Below are positions 1 through 9,977 of a stretch of 64,000 nt of DNA, piece by piece (positions within the stretch are counted from its first letter, which is position 1; each line of letters begins with the position of its first letter). Under the pieces are notes generated by a model. It was given only the letters and a program-made list of their open reading frames with translations. It ran no database searches and was not told where the DNA came from. Source of the stretch: an uncultured archaeon (GTDB lineage: Archaea; Thermoproteota; Bathyarchaeia; Bathyarchaeales; Bathycorpusculaceae); NCBI GenBank assembly GCA_963782915.1, contig CAWALK010000024.1, positions 32,001-96,000 on the forward strand. The letters are read 5' to 3'. A program made the translations under genes and the position numbers.

Positions 1-904
1 GACGGCACCCCACTCAAAAACAGCAAAGACCAAATCACCAGCCACCTAAGCGGACTCTTCTACCGCACAAGCAACCTCATAGAAATGGGCATAAAACCAA
101 TCTATGTTTTCGACGGCAAATCGCCAGTCCTAAAATCTGCCGAGGTTGAGACGACGACGCCAAGTTAAGGTGGAAGCAGTCGTAAGCTACGCTAAAGCAG
201 AAGCGAAGGGCGACACTGAAAAGATGCGGCAGTACGCACAGGTGGCAACAACCATGAAGCCATACATGGTACCTGAGAGCAAACAACTGCTGGATTTGAT
301 GGGTTTGCCATGGATTCAGGCGCCAAGCGAAGGCGAAGCCCAAGCAGCCTACATGAACAAGAAAGGCGACGCAGATTTCTGTGCAAGCCAAGACTATGAC
401 AGCTTGCTTTTTGGTGCACCCAAGCTGCTTAGAAACGTCACAATTTCAGGCAGACGAAGACGAGGGAAAGCCTTCATCGAAGTTGTCCCCGAAATTGTCG
501 AGTTACGAAAGACACTTGGCGAATGCGAATTAACCTACGAACAACTTAATCGATGTAGGCATCTTGATCGGCACAGACTTCAACGACAGCATCAAAGGAT
601 TGGGACCAAAAACTGCCCTCAAACTAATAAAACAATACGGCACCATCGAATGCGCGTTGCCTCACATCGAAAACGTTACTTACGGCGATAAAGTAGGGCA
701 GATAAAAGAAATCTTTCTGCACCCAGAAGTTACCGACAACTACAAACTTGAATGGAAAGAACCCAATGAGCAGGGTTTGTTGGAGTTTTTGTGTAGCGAG
801 AAAGAGTTCGGTGAAGAACGCATCAAAAAATCATTGAACGCATGACTGCGGGGTCAGTAAGAAGCAGAAAGGGAAAGGTTTCGTTAGAGAAATGGTTCGG
901 CTAA
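1..904 (+). CDS. fen: Flap endonuclease 1 (5'-partial; split by apparent indels)
   Basis: [22 protein letters not shown] and [19 protein letters not shown] motifs across ORFs 146-691 and 564-845; C-terminal PIP-like SLEKWFG before TAA at 902-904. Confidence 0.93.
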
Positions 905-915
905 AAAAGAAAAGG

Positions 916-2745
916 TTACTTTACTGTAACCGATTTCGCCAAGTTCCGTGGCATGTCAGGGTTTAAGCCCTTCTCAATCGCGGTATGGTACGCTAACAGT
1001 TGCAGTGGCACCGCATATGGGATAGGTGAGAGTATTGTTGGGATGCCTTTGGGTACTTCGATGTAGTCGTCGGCTAAGCTTTTGATTTCTTCGTCGTCTT
1101 CTTCTATGACTGCGATGATGTGTGCGCCTCGGGCTTTCATCTCCATGATGTTGCCGATTACGGTTCTGTGGGTGTCATCTTTGGGGCAAACGAACACGAC
1201 TGGGAAGCCGTCTTCGATTAGGCTGATTGGGCCATGTTTGCTTTCGCCTGCGGGGAACGCGATGGATGGGATGTAAGCGATTTCCATGAGTTTGAGTCTG
1301 CCTTCAAACGCGGTGGCGGTGCTTATGCCTCTGCCCAAGAAGAAGAACACTTTGGCGTCAACGTATTTTTTGGCGATCGCTTTAATTTTGTCTTCCTGTG
1401 TGGCTACGATGTATTCGACGTATTTGGGTAGTTCTTGGAGTTTTTCTTCTAAGAGGTCCATTTCGTCTTGGCTGATTTTTCCCCGTTTCTTTGAGAGTTT
1501 GAGCGCGAGTTGTGCTAGGACTGAGAGTTGGGAAGTGAAGGTTTTGGTTGCGGCGACGCCGATTTCTGGTCCTGCTTGGGTGCCGATGTAGACTCGGCTG
1601 ACTCGGGTGAGTGTGGAGCCGATGACGTTTGTTAAGCTCAAAACGGTTGCTGCACGTTGCTGGGCGCAGGTGACTGCTGCGATGGTATCTGCTGTTTCGC
1701 CGGATTGGCTAACTGCGAGGATGGTGCTGTCGATGTTTACTGATTTGCCGCATTGCTCCAGAAACTCTGACGCATAAACTGGGAAGGTTGGCAGGAACGC
1801 GAGTTTGCTGAACATGTAGGATGCTGCGAGACATGCATGGTAACTTGTTCCGCACGCTACTAGGAACACTTCGTTGGCGCGGTCCAAGAAGGTAGCAAGC
1901 AAATCCAAATAGTGATCCTGTATACGCAGGGTGTTGCGCAGGGTTTGGGGTTGCTCGTTGATTTCTTTAATCATGAAGTGCGGGTAACCCTGTTTAACCG
2001 CCATTTCAGCTGTCCATTCAATGGTGATTGGTTCCCGAGTGACTAGGCTGCCGTCACTGATTTTTTTGATTTCATATCCGTTAACAGTGAGGATAACGAG
2101 TTCACCGTTGTTAATCATAACAGCTTTGTTAGTTACATCGAGGAAGGCGGGTATGTCTGAAGCGCAGAAGACGCCGGTGTGGTTGATACCTAGAACCAGT
2201 GGGCTTTCGTTTCTTGCGCAGATGATTTTGTCCGGTTCACGGGTGGATATTATGGCGAAGGCGTAGGAACCTTCTACCCGTTTGAGGCTTTCCAGAACAG
2301 CCTGTTGAAGGGTTAATTGGGGGTTATGTTTCAGGGTTTCCTCGATGAGGTGTGGCATAACTTCTGTGTCGGTTTTTGAGACGAATGTGTGACCGAGGTT
2401 TATCAATTCGGCTTTTAGCTCAAGGAAGTTTTCGATGATGCCGTTGTGGACGACGACTATTTCGCCTTTGCAGTCGGTATGTGGGTGACTGTTAACTTTT
2501 AGGGGTGCACCATGGGTTGCCCAACGGGTGTGGCCGATGCCTATGCTGCCGGGCATGTCGTCGAGGTCTACGATTTTGTGGACTTCATCAATTTTACCTT
2601 GATCTTTTTTGATGAAAACTTTGCCGTCGCTTAGTGTGGCGATGCCCACTGAGTCATAGCCGCGGTACTCTAGATGTTTGAGAGAAGAATGAATTAGGGG
2701 AGCAGCGTTACCTTCTTTTAGAACACAACCGAATATTCCACACAT
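916..2745 (-). CDS. glmS: Glutamine--fructose-6-phosphate transaminase (isomerizing)
   Basis: N-terminal MCGI, GHTRWATHG and C-terminal PRNLAKSVTV; 609 aa. Confidence 0.98.
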   Translation of the reverse strand: MCGIFGCVLKEGNAAPLIHSSLKHLEYRGYDSVGIATLSDGKVFIKKDQGKIDEVHKIVDLDDMPGSIGIGHTRWATHGAPLKVNSHPHTDCKGEIVVVHNGIIENFLELKAELINLGHTFVSKTDTEVMPHLIEETLKHNPQLTLQQAVLESLKRVEGSYAFAIISTREPDKIICARNESPLVLGINHTGVFCASDIPAFLDVTNKAVMINNGELVILTVNGYEIKKISDGSLVTREPITIEWTAEMAVKQGYPHFMIKEINEQPQTLRNTLRIQDHYLDLLATFLDRANEVFLVACGTSYHACLAASYMFSKLAFLPTFPVYASEFLEQCGKSVNIDSTILAVSQSGETADTIAAVTCAQQRAATVLSLTNVIGSTLTRVSRVYIGTQAGPEIGVAATKTFTSQLSVLAQLALKLSKKRGKISQDEMDLLEEKLQELPKYVEYIVATQEDKIKAIAKKYVDAKVFFFLGRGISTATAFEGRLKLMEIAYIPSIAFPAGESKHGPISLIEDGFPVVFVCPKDDTHRTVIGNIMEMKARGAHIIAVIEEDDEEIKSLADDYIEVPKGIPTILSPIPYAVPLQLLAYHTAIEKGLNPDMPRNLAKSVTVK

Positions 2746-2967
2746 ACCTTTTCGAAGCCTTCACTAAATTCTTATTCAGCATCCATGGGCTGAATATTGC
2801 ATATAAGGTTTTTTAATATTCAAGTTTGAGTGCTACAACTTTTTTGTTAGCTGTTACGCCTGATTTTGCAGTTATCCCCAGTATATACAGCAATTTTTTC
2901 CCGAAAATCCTCGACCGTTATAAATAAATTTTTTATACTACCTGCACAGTTAGAGCCTTGAATAGCC

Positions 2968-3930
2968 ATGGACAAAAAACTGCTCCTCCAAGACGACGGC
3001 AAAACCCAACAAGTAAAAGACATAGCCATTCTAACCGACGCTCAAAACCTAAAAATGATGCTTGGCAGCTTAAGCTGGAAAATCCTCACTATACTCTCCC
3101 AAAAAGAAATGTATCCCTTAGAAATCGCCAAGCAACTGGGCATGCATGAACAAAAAGTGTACTATCACATACGCAAATTAGCCAAAGCCGGAGCCATAAC
3201 CGTTGTCCGAGAAGAGAACAAGAAAGGTGCCACAGCAAAATACTACAAAACCGCTTCACCCGCGTTTGGTGTAGAATTTGCTTATGGCTACAGACCCATC
3301 CAGAACATGTGCATGCTTGGCATAAGCGATCAACTCCAAGAGTTCTTCAAAGAATTCATCCACGAAGGCACCTTCGACGGCAAAATCGTGGTTGGCAGCC
3401 CATTGGCACATGGACCCTTTAAAACCAGCGCCCGAGACGGCCACTATGCTGCGCATTTAGCGCTTTTTCTGGGGCAATTTGCCAAGATGCCCACCGAGTT
3501 TGCGGTGAAGCTGGACGTTGATGTTAAAGTTGAGAAGGAAGAGAAGAACAACCTCATCTTAGTCGGCGGCCCCGGAACTAATTTGTTAACGCAGGAAATC
3601 AACGAGTATTTGCCTATCAAATTTAATATGCAGTCCTCTGCGCAGGGTTTCTTGCTGGGTGGTTTATCCTCGCAGAAGACAGGGCAAAATTACACTTCAG
3701 ACGTTACGGGGTTGGTTGCGAAGATTGTGAATCCATGGGATAATTCCAAGCGGATCATCATTTTAGCAGGCAACAAGGCTGTGGGAACCAAAGCTTGCGT
3801 GATTGCCTTGACTAATTTCTGGAAAAAAACCCTTGAGAAATATAAAGGGGAAGATACCTTTGCAGTGGTCATTGTTGGTTTTGATTTAGATGGCGACGGC
3901 AAAGTTGATTCAATTGAGGTGCGCGAGTAA
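2968..3930 (+). CDS. ArsR-type winged-HTH protein with uncharacterised C-terminal domain
   Basis: YPLEIAKQLGMHEQKVYYHIRKL HTH; NLILVGGP..N motif; terminal DLDGDGKVD. Confidence 0.7.
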   Translation: MDKKLLLQDDGKTQQVKDIAILTDAQNLKMMLGSLSWKILTILSQKEMYPLEIAKQLGMHEQKVYYHIRKLAKAGAITVVREENKKGATAKYYKTASPAFGVEFAYGYRPIQNMCMLGISDQLQEFFKEFIHEGTFDGKIVVGSPLAHGPFKTSARDGHYAAHLALFLGQFAKMPTEFAVKLDVDVKVEKEEKNNLILVGGPGTNLLTQEINEYLPIKFNMQSSAQGFLLGGLSSQKTGQNYTSDVTGLVAKIVNPWDNSKRIIILAGNKAVGTKACVIALTNFWKKTLEKYKGEDTFAVVIVGFDLDGDGKVDSIEVRE

Positions 3931-3933
3931 ATA

Positions 3934-4368
3934 ATGGTGCCAAAAAAAATAGTTGAAGTCATTCATGCGTTTGGGCACCCGAACATTCGGTCAAGTCACC
4001 CAACCACACTTATGATCACCAAAGAAAGGCAGGTTACACAAAGAGGCGACTGTGTAGTAGCGGTGGATGCCGACAAATCAGTGGCGGATTTAAGCCCAGA
4101 ATTCAAGAAGGCCATGCGGCAGCCAAACGCTAAATTAACTATCCAGCTCGAAGTGGACGGTTTAGTGGGGCAAATAAACGCTTATGGCTCCCCCGAGTTG
4201 ACGCTAAACCATCCGAACGATTTGGTGATACGAACAAGCGAGTTCCTCTCAGATAGAACCTTAGCTGTAAAAGCGGACAAAGCTTCAGGTGACCTCTCAA
4301 AAGCAGTTGTGGAAAAACTAAAAAACCCAAAACAAAAGGTCACCTTAACTTTAACTGTGGAAGCCTAA
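3934..4368 (+). CDS. DUF371 family protein
   Basis: GHPNIRSSHPTTLMITKE..RGDCVV and IRTSEF.SDRTL motifs. Confidence 0.85.
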   Translation: MVPKKIVEVIHAFGHPNIRSSHPTTLMITKERQVTQRGDCVVAVDADKSVADLSPEFKKAMRQPNAKLTIQLEVDGLVGQINAYGSPELTLNHPNDLVIRTSEFLSDRTLAVKADKASGDLSKAVVEKLKNPKQKVTLTLTVEA

Positions 4369-4371
4369 CAA

Positions 4372-4581
4372 TTAGGGCTGCGTTAATACCATATAGTAGG
4401 TTGTTAGGGCAGCGGCTGCGGTGAAGCACATTAAACCAGCCAACGTCACCACATTATTCGCCATTACCTGACCGATTGCAATCAAGGCTGCAAAGACAGC
4501 GTACAACGCAACTATAGCCAGCTTTAGCAGCAAGAGCTTTTTTCGGCTCTGTCCCTGCTGCTCCTCAGGTAGTTGTACCAT
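4372..4581 (-). CDS. Small membrane protein
   Basis: 69 aa with two hydrophobic segments; abuts the PAP2 gene. Confidence 0.6.
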   Translation of the reverse strand: MVQLPEEQQGQSRKKLLLLKLAIVALYAVFAALIAIGQVMANNVVTLAGLMCFTAAAALTTYYMVLTQP

Positions 4582-5273
4582 TACTTTTCACCTACCTCTT
4601 GTAATATCGTTACCGCTGGGACGGCGCCATGCTTCTTGAGTTGCCAGTCCGCTAAAGATTCGATAACCAATACCGTTGCAGTTACAATGAACAATGCCAG
4701 GAAGGGCGCTGCAATGATATCGCTTAACCAATGAATATTCAGGTATAGCCTGTCAAGCGCCATCAAGACCCCCAAAACAGGCGTTATAATCGCGAAGAGC
4801 TTCAGCGAGGGCTTTTGGTTCTGGTAAGCGAAATAGGTCAACATACCCAAAAGCACCAAAATACTTGTCAAGTGCCCGCTTGGGAAAGAAAAGTCGCCCT
4901 CAGGAATGAGGCTGTTGAAGGGTCTTGGTGAAGCTACCGTTGTTTTGAGTATTTGAAGCAGAAGTGCGTCAGCAGCCATTGCGCCAAGTAGCATTAAGCC
5001 ATTTTTAGTTTCTTTTCTATAGAGAAAGTAACTTGCTACAGGCAGTGAGATGATAAGCAGTACAGTTGTGTCGAAGATGTTGAGTGCTTCTGCAGCCTGC
5101 GTTAAGTTTTGGCTCTGGATAGTTGTAATCCAAGAATTAAACCCTAAATTCACAGCTTCAAAGGAGCCTCTTGAGATGAGGATTCCAAGAAAGCAAAGCA
5201 GAGACAACAAGGCAACTGTAAGGAGAGTGTAGTTCTTTGTTAGTTTGCGTGGTTTTTGGTTATTGATACTCAT
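4581..5273 (-). CDS. PAP2 family phosphatase
   Basis: K......RP, SFPSGH and R.YL..HW.SD motifs. Confidence 0.9.
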   Translation of the reverse strand: MSINNQKPRKLTKNYTLLTVALLSLLCFLGILISRGSFEAVNLGFNSWITTIQSQNLTQAAEALNIFDTTVLLIISLPVASYFLYRKETKNGLMLLGAMAADALLLQILKTTVASPRPFNSLIPEGDFSFPSGHLTSILVLLGMLTYFAYQNQKPSLKLFAIITPVLGVLMALDRLYLNIHWLSDIIAAPFLALFIVTATVLVIESLADWQLKKHGAVPAVTILQEVGEK

Positions 5274-5382
5274 TGGCTTTTCACGGTGTTACGAGATACC
5301 GTTAGCCGATTATAGCCCTACCATTAAGAGCTTGGACTCTAACAGTTAGAGTTGTAGAGACTAAATCTCGAACAGGGATTAT

Positions 5383-6453
5383 TTAGCGGATTGCTGCATC
5401 TAGAACAATCTGTGACTCAAACGGCGCAGTCTCCCGAATGCTCCTGGCAAGCAGAAAATACGCCACTGTTCTGCCATTCTGCTCAACCTTCTCTGTGAAG
5501 CGCTGTTTCAAGTTCTCAATTGTATCTGGCTGACGTACAAAACCATAGAAATGCACGACTCCACCCTCTGGCTTGATTGCGTTGCAGGCGGCATCCACAA
5601 AATCTATGGCTGTCTCAGGCAGGTTCATGATGACTCTGTCAGCTGTGCCTTTGAGTTTGCCAGCCGCGATTTCTCGGGCATCGGCACAAATCGGGAAAAC
5701 ATGGCTATCAACCCTGTTAACCCGCACATTCACCTTGAGCAACTCCACTGCGTCAGGGTTCAAATCAACAGCATACACTTTAGCCATCGGAGCCTTTTTG
5801 CCAATCAGCACCGAAAACGGCCCCACACCAGCAAACAAATCTGCCACAACCTCGCCCGATTGCACCAACCCAGCTACCCGTTCATGCTCATGGCTGAGTC
5901 GAGGGGAAAAGTACGCTTTGGCTATGTCAACGTAGTATTGGCAGCCGAATTCTTTGTGGATTGTTTGGGTTTTGTGTTCGCCTGCAATGAAGTCATAGTC
6001 CCGTACACGGAAAATACCGCTAATATCGCCTGCTTTAGCCAGAACTGTTTTAACGTTTTTTTGGGTGTGTAGAATTGCCTCGCCGATCTCGTTCTGGTAA
6101 GCTTTGAGTTTGGGTGGGATGTCGATTACGACTATGTCGCCTATGATGTCGAAGGCTTGAGGAACACTATCGAGCAATTCAGTGGGCAGTTTGTCTTGGA
6201 GTGCTTGGGTCAGGGTTTCTGGGGGAAGCTGTTTTTCGCTGAAAACAGCGGTGTAAACTGTGAATTTTGGTATCTGGCTTTTTAGAGTCGCTAACTCGAT
6301 GCCCATGGGTTCCCTAACCAAGGGAATGATGAGGTTGTCTTCTTCTCGTTGAATAACCAGTGATTTGTCGGCGAGCTCCATTTTGGTTGCTAAAGTTATG
6401 GTTTTTTCGCCTTGACTTTTCGGGACCTTGATGCAAACAGACGGTTTAGGCAT
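5383..6453 (-). CDS. trm5: Trm5/Met-10+ family tRNA methyltransferase
   Basis: YFSPRL, DLFAGVGPF and IMNLP motifs. Confidence 0.88.
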   Translation of the reverse strand: MPKPSVCIKVPKSQGEKTITLATKMELADKSLVIQREEDNLIIPLVREPMGIELATLKSQIPKFTVYTAVFSEKQLPPETLTQALQDKLPTELLDSVPQAFDIIGDIVVIDIPPKLKAYQNEIGEAILHTQKNVKTVLAKAGDISGIFRVRDYDFIAGEHKTQTIHKEFGCQYYVDIAKAYFSPRLSHEHERVAGLVQSGEVVADLFAGVGPFSVLIGKKAPMAKVYAVDLNPDAVELLKVNVRVNRVDSHVFPICADAREIAAGKLKGTADRVIMNLPETAIDFVDAACNAIKPEGGVVHFYGFVRQPDTIENLKQRFTEKVEQNGRTVAYFLLARSIRETAPFESQIVLDAAIR

Positions 6454-6459
6454 GAGTGT

Positions 6460-7495
6460 TCAGCTTTTCTCTATTCGATAGAGGTTGTTTACCTTTTCGA
6501 TGGTGAATTGGGCGTTTAACATTTTTTCCATGAGCCAAATGTTGGATTCTATGTGTTCAGAGATGGCTCGGGTGAGGAACGCGGATTTGCCCGTCGGCTA
6601 GTGCCATGTAGGGTATGAGCATGTCGGCGAGGTATTCATCCACCGTTGGTTTGGCGGATAGTTCGGTTATGAGGGTTTGGGCGGCTTGTTTGCCGACGTC
6701 TTCTGCCATTTTGCGGAGTTCACCGATGGAGTCGGCGCCAACGATTACGCCTGTGTCAGTTTCAGCCCACAATACGATGGAGCTGCCTTTCTGGATGGGG
6801 TTTGATTGGTCGTTTACGATTTGGATGTCTGCTTTGTAGCCATTTTGACCCAGAACGTTTTGGGCGCCTTTGGCTTGACGTTCAGCCACTTGCCTATCAG
6901 CCAAAAATGTGCAAACCGAGGCGCCCTTTATGGATTTGAGGGTGCCAAACTTTTCGAGCGCAAACGGTTTCATGTTGGGGTTTGGCTTCACAGTTAAGGT
7001 TGCTTCGCCCATGCCTTTGGGATAGTAACCGTATTTTTGAACGGTGATTTCCGCTGCAACGCCCATCTTGCTAAGAGTTGGCAGGAGCACGTTTCGCAGG
7101 TAGTTGATGGTTGGCGCGTGGGTGGTGTCTGTTCCGCCTTTTGCCACATGGACCTTCACTGGGGTTTGGGCGAATAGGCAGATGGGCAGTGTAGATAGGA
7201 ACAGCATTGGGATGCTTCCAGCTGTTTCAATAACAGCCTCTACATTGCCGCCTTTAATCTCACGGGGTGTAACCCAGAGTTCCCTTGAACCCAGCGATGC
7301 CCCTTTTACTTCTGCATTGCAGAGTTTAGCGGCTGTCAACACTGATTCGAGGTGCTGATGCTTCAACCCTGGCTGCGGGCGGTTCTGGCGAATGTTAGTG
7401 ATGTGCAGAGGCTGCCCTTTGATGGCGGCTATTGCTATGGATAAGCGCAGTATGGTGCCGCTTCCGCTTTTTTGGCTCCCATCAATCTCGATCAT
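6460..7495 (-). CDS. rtcA: RNA 3'-terminal phosphate cyclase (C-terminal indel)
   Basis: MIEIDGS..GSGTILR, RPQPGLKHQHL, GYYPKGMGE and VDEYLADML motifs. Confidence 0.93.
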
Positions 7496-7621
7496 ATGGT
7501 TTCTTCTATAGCGGGACTGGCTAAAATATAGAATAGTTACTAGATCAATGGTACTGCCCAAAGTGGAGGACTCTTGGTGTCAATCATACGGTTGCTTAAG
7601 TCTTAAATATAGCTAATTCAG

Positions 7622-7750
7622 ATATGGTTGTGGGGTGAAGAGCGCCTGTGATGCATGCCTTTGCGTCTCAACATTGGAGAAAGTGTTGAGTACTCGCATG
7701 CTTGAGTAGGAACAGTCTCACCCTTTAGCTTCTCCGACATGCAGCCATAT
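7622..7750 (+). ncRNA. Candidate structured RNA (multi-stem, possible pseudoknot)
   Basis: Six nested stems plus loop-to-downstream complementarity found by eye; G-U pairs favour the + strand. Confidence 0.45.
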
Positions 7751-7853
7751 CCACAACCAGCCCACAACCCAAACCAGACGCTGAACCCAAACCAAAATTG
7801 CCAACTCAATCGATTGGTTGTTGTTGTGTATAGGGGCTTTTCGCCAACAACAC
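7751..7853 (+). repeat. Dispersed repeat module A (C/A-rich block + GTTG..CAAC hairpin)
   Basis: ccacaaccagcccacaacccaaaccagacgc closely matches 39534-39570; hairpin loop contains tatagggg. Confidence 0.8.
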
Positions 7854-8002
7854 ACTGATAAAAAACAATTCACCTCCCACAAAATTATGCTATCAAGCGG
7901 CAAGCGTGCACCTAAAACATTCTTCGCCTAACAAACGCCCACCCCATCAGTTAACACCACAATGAATGCAGCCCTTAAACGTCGTAAACTATGCAGACGT
8001 TG

Positions 8003-8043
8003 AGCCTATAAATAAGGGAGGGGGTAGGTCGGCAGAGCAATAG
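8003..8043 (+). repeat. Dispersed repeat module B (G-string motif)
   Basis: tataaataagggagggggtaggtcggcagagcaa; near-identical core at 49512-49545. Confidence 0.8.
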
Positions 8044-8150
8044 TACCTAACACAAACAACCAATAAACACTGCTACAGAACATTTGGCTAAAAGCTGCAA
8101 ATAATTTATTAAGCGTCCGAGATTACTTAGCAGTTTAAGAGGGAGCCAAA

Positions 8151-8606
8151 GTGAGCAGTGACAAAGAAAAACTCAATCAACTTCTAGCTAAAGTCGAAGA
8201 AATCAATGCTACAATGAACAAGATGTCTGAGGAGTTGCGTTCGGTTTCTGCTTCTCTTAAGTCACTTGCTGTTGGGCAAATTACTCAGCCACCAACCGTC
8301 CATGTTACGGCTTCACCAAAGCCTGCCTCTGCACCCATCCATACACCCTCGCCACCTGCAGTTACGGCTCCAGCATCTGAGGGTTCAAAATTGAGGTCAC
8401 TAGATGACATCCGCATGTCGTTCCCAGAAGAACTCGAAGCACGCCTCAGCTTCGAAGAAAAAGGCGAATACATCATAATCAAACCCAAACAGTTCTTAGG
8501 CTCAGATAACTTCGCCAAAATCGCTGCAGCTTCACGGGGAATGGGCGGAGAATACATCAGTTTGGGCAAAGACTCGCATTTCAGGATACCCAAAAAGAAA
8601 GCCTAA
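8151..8606 (+). CDS. Hypothetical protein (coiled coil, Pro-rich linker, globular C-domain)
   Basis: 151 aa ORF with GGGAG RBS-like sequence and upstream TATA-like tttattaa. Confidence 0.75.
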   Translation: MSSDKEKLNQLLAKVEEINATMNKMSEELRSVSASLKSLAVGQITQPPTVHVTASPKPASAPIHTPSPPAVTAPASEGSKLRSLDDIRMSFPEELEARLSFEEKGEYIIIKPKQFLGSDNFAKIAAASRGMGGEYISLGKDSHFRIPKKKA

Positions 8607-9146
8607 ACTCATTTGATATGCTTGCCCAACGTCAGAAGCTTCATTTAGCACATGTGGCTGCGATTTAACTTCCGCCTTCTCAGAAGCCTTTGGCAACAGT
8701 ACGCTGATTATGTCCATTTCTAAATATTTGAATGATAAATTAAACATGCCCACGATGTGGTTGCATGCGTCTGCGCCTTCTTCGGATGGAATAACCAGAA
8801 TAGCTTTTTTGCCGCTTAACTTTTTAGATTCGATAAAAGGACGCAACCTGTCGAGCAGCAGCTTCATTTTGGCAGTGGGACCATACCAATATAGGGGTGT
8901 TCCGAAAACGATAACGTCGGCTTCTTCAAGTTTAGGATAAAGACTCTGCATGCCATCTTTTAGGACACATTGGAGGTTGCCTTTTTTGCATGCTCTACAA
9001 TCAACACATGGAGCAATATCAACACTGTAAAGATACACTTTTTCGGTCGCATGCTTGTTCTTGGCTGCACCTTCAAGAATAGCGCTGACAAGCAAGTCGG
9101 TGTTGCTGTCTTTTCGGGGGCTGCCCACTAAACCCAATATCTTCAT
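8532..9146 (-). CDS. Flavodoxin-fold NADPH-dependent FMN reductase / iron-sulfur flavoprotein
   Basis: GSPRKDSNT, CxxCxxC....C and GTPLYWY; true stop probably near 8603 (indel). Confidence 0.88.
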   Translation of the reverse strand: MKILGLVGSPRKDSNTDLLVSAILEGAAKNKHATEKVYLYSVDIAPCVDCRACKKGNLQCVLKDGMQSLYPKLEEADVIVFGTPLYWYGPTAKMKLLLDRLRPFIESKKLSGKKAILVIPSEEGADACNHIVGMFNLSFKYLEMDIISVLLPKASEKAEVKSQPHVLNEASDVGQAYQMSLGFLFGYPEMRVFAQTDVFSAHSP

Positions 9147-9184
9147 AATGCTTCTATAGTGTGGTTTCGGATTTTAATTTACCG

Positions 9185-9469
9185 TTAGTAAGCTATAGAG
9201 AAGTTTTGGAATTCTTCCTTGAATGGTTCCCAATCCACGGTTATATCTGTGACTGAGGCACCTTTTGGACCTTTTTTGCAAAATTCTACCACTGCCTTAA
9301 CCGCTTCTTCTTCACCCTCAAAAACAGCTTCCACACGGCCATCTTCTAAATTTTTAACCCAGCCCATGACCCCTTGGCTTTGAGCTTGTCTTTTCGTGTT
9401 TTGCCTAAAGAAAACGCCTTGAACTTTGCCGCTTACGAGTACGTGTGCTCTGGTTTTTGCCATAATCAA
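9185..9469 (-). CDS. acyP: Acylphosphatase
   Basis: SGKVQGVFFR and GWVKNLEDGRVE. Confidence 0.95.
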   Translation of the reverse strand: MIMAKTRAHVLVSGKVQGVFFRQNTKRQAQSQGVMGWVKNLEDGRVEAVFEGEEEAVKAVVEFCKKGPKGASVTDITVDWEPFKEEFQNFSIAY

Positions 9470-9489
9470 TCCGTTTATCTGAAGCTATT

Positions 9490-9961
9490 TTAATACATAC
9501 GTTTGGGCTTGATGTTTTCTCCAACGGACAAAAGAAAAAGCGCTGCCGTGGTTGGACCTATGCGTTCGAAGCAGTCGGCTAATGCTTTGGTGACTTTGGC
9601 ATAGTTGTCGGATTTGTCCAAGCTGTCTAGGTAGGCTTGGAAGGAGCCATATTGGCGCCTTATTTGCTGGAATTTCTTTGCGTTCTCGATTATGGCATGG
9701 ATTTTGTATTTGTTGCGGATTATACCCTTGTCGTTTAAGAGCTGTTTTACGTCGGTCGTCATTGAAGGCGGCTATGCGGTCAACGTTAAAGCCCAAGAAA
9801 GCTGTCTTTATAGTTGGCCATTTCTTTTCAACAACACTCCAATTTAAGCCAGTCTGGAAAATAATTCGGCACAAATTCTCAAAATATAAATCATCACTAG
9901 ACGGCCGCCTGTCACAATACCACCATGCAGGGTAATGCTCAGTTTGGTTCTGCCCCGACAT
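9490..9961 (-). CDS. DNA-3-methyladenine glycosylase I family protein (indel)
   Basis: FQTGLNW..V.KK, IIRNKYKI.A.IENA and F..IGPTT motifs in two frames. Confidence 0.85.
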
Positions 9962-9977
9962 AGTTAACCTGCTTTAA

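Noticed and set aside
7540-7587. 15-codon upstream ORF (MIDTKSPPLWAVPLI) before rtcA
   Set aside because: It is too short and has no supporting feature.
7622-7750. Identification as an FMN, c-di-AMP, TPP or cobalamin riboswitch
   Set aside because: Only GGGGTGAA or the general topology is similar; the conserved core nucleotides of those families are absent.
7751-7853. Repeat hairpins as canonical integron attC sites
   Set aside because: The arm order is GTT..AAC, the reverse of RYYYAAC..GTTRRRY, and there is no integrase in the window.
8003-8043. G-string motif as an ORB / replication origin
   Set aside because: It lacks the TTCCA..GGAA ORB core, the copies are dispersed and no orc1/cdc6 gene is nearby.
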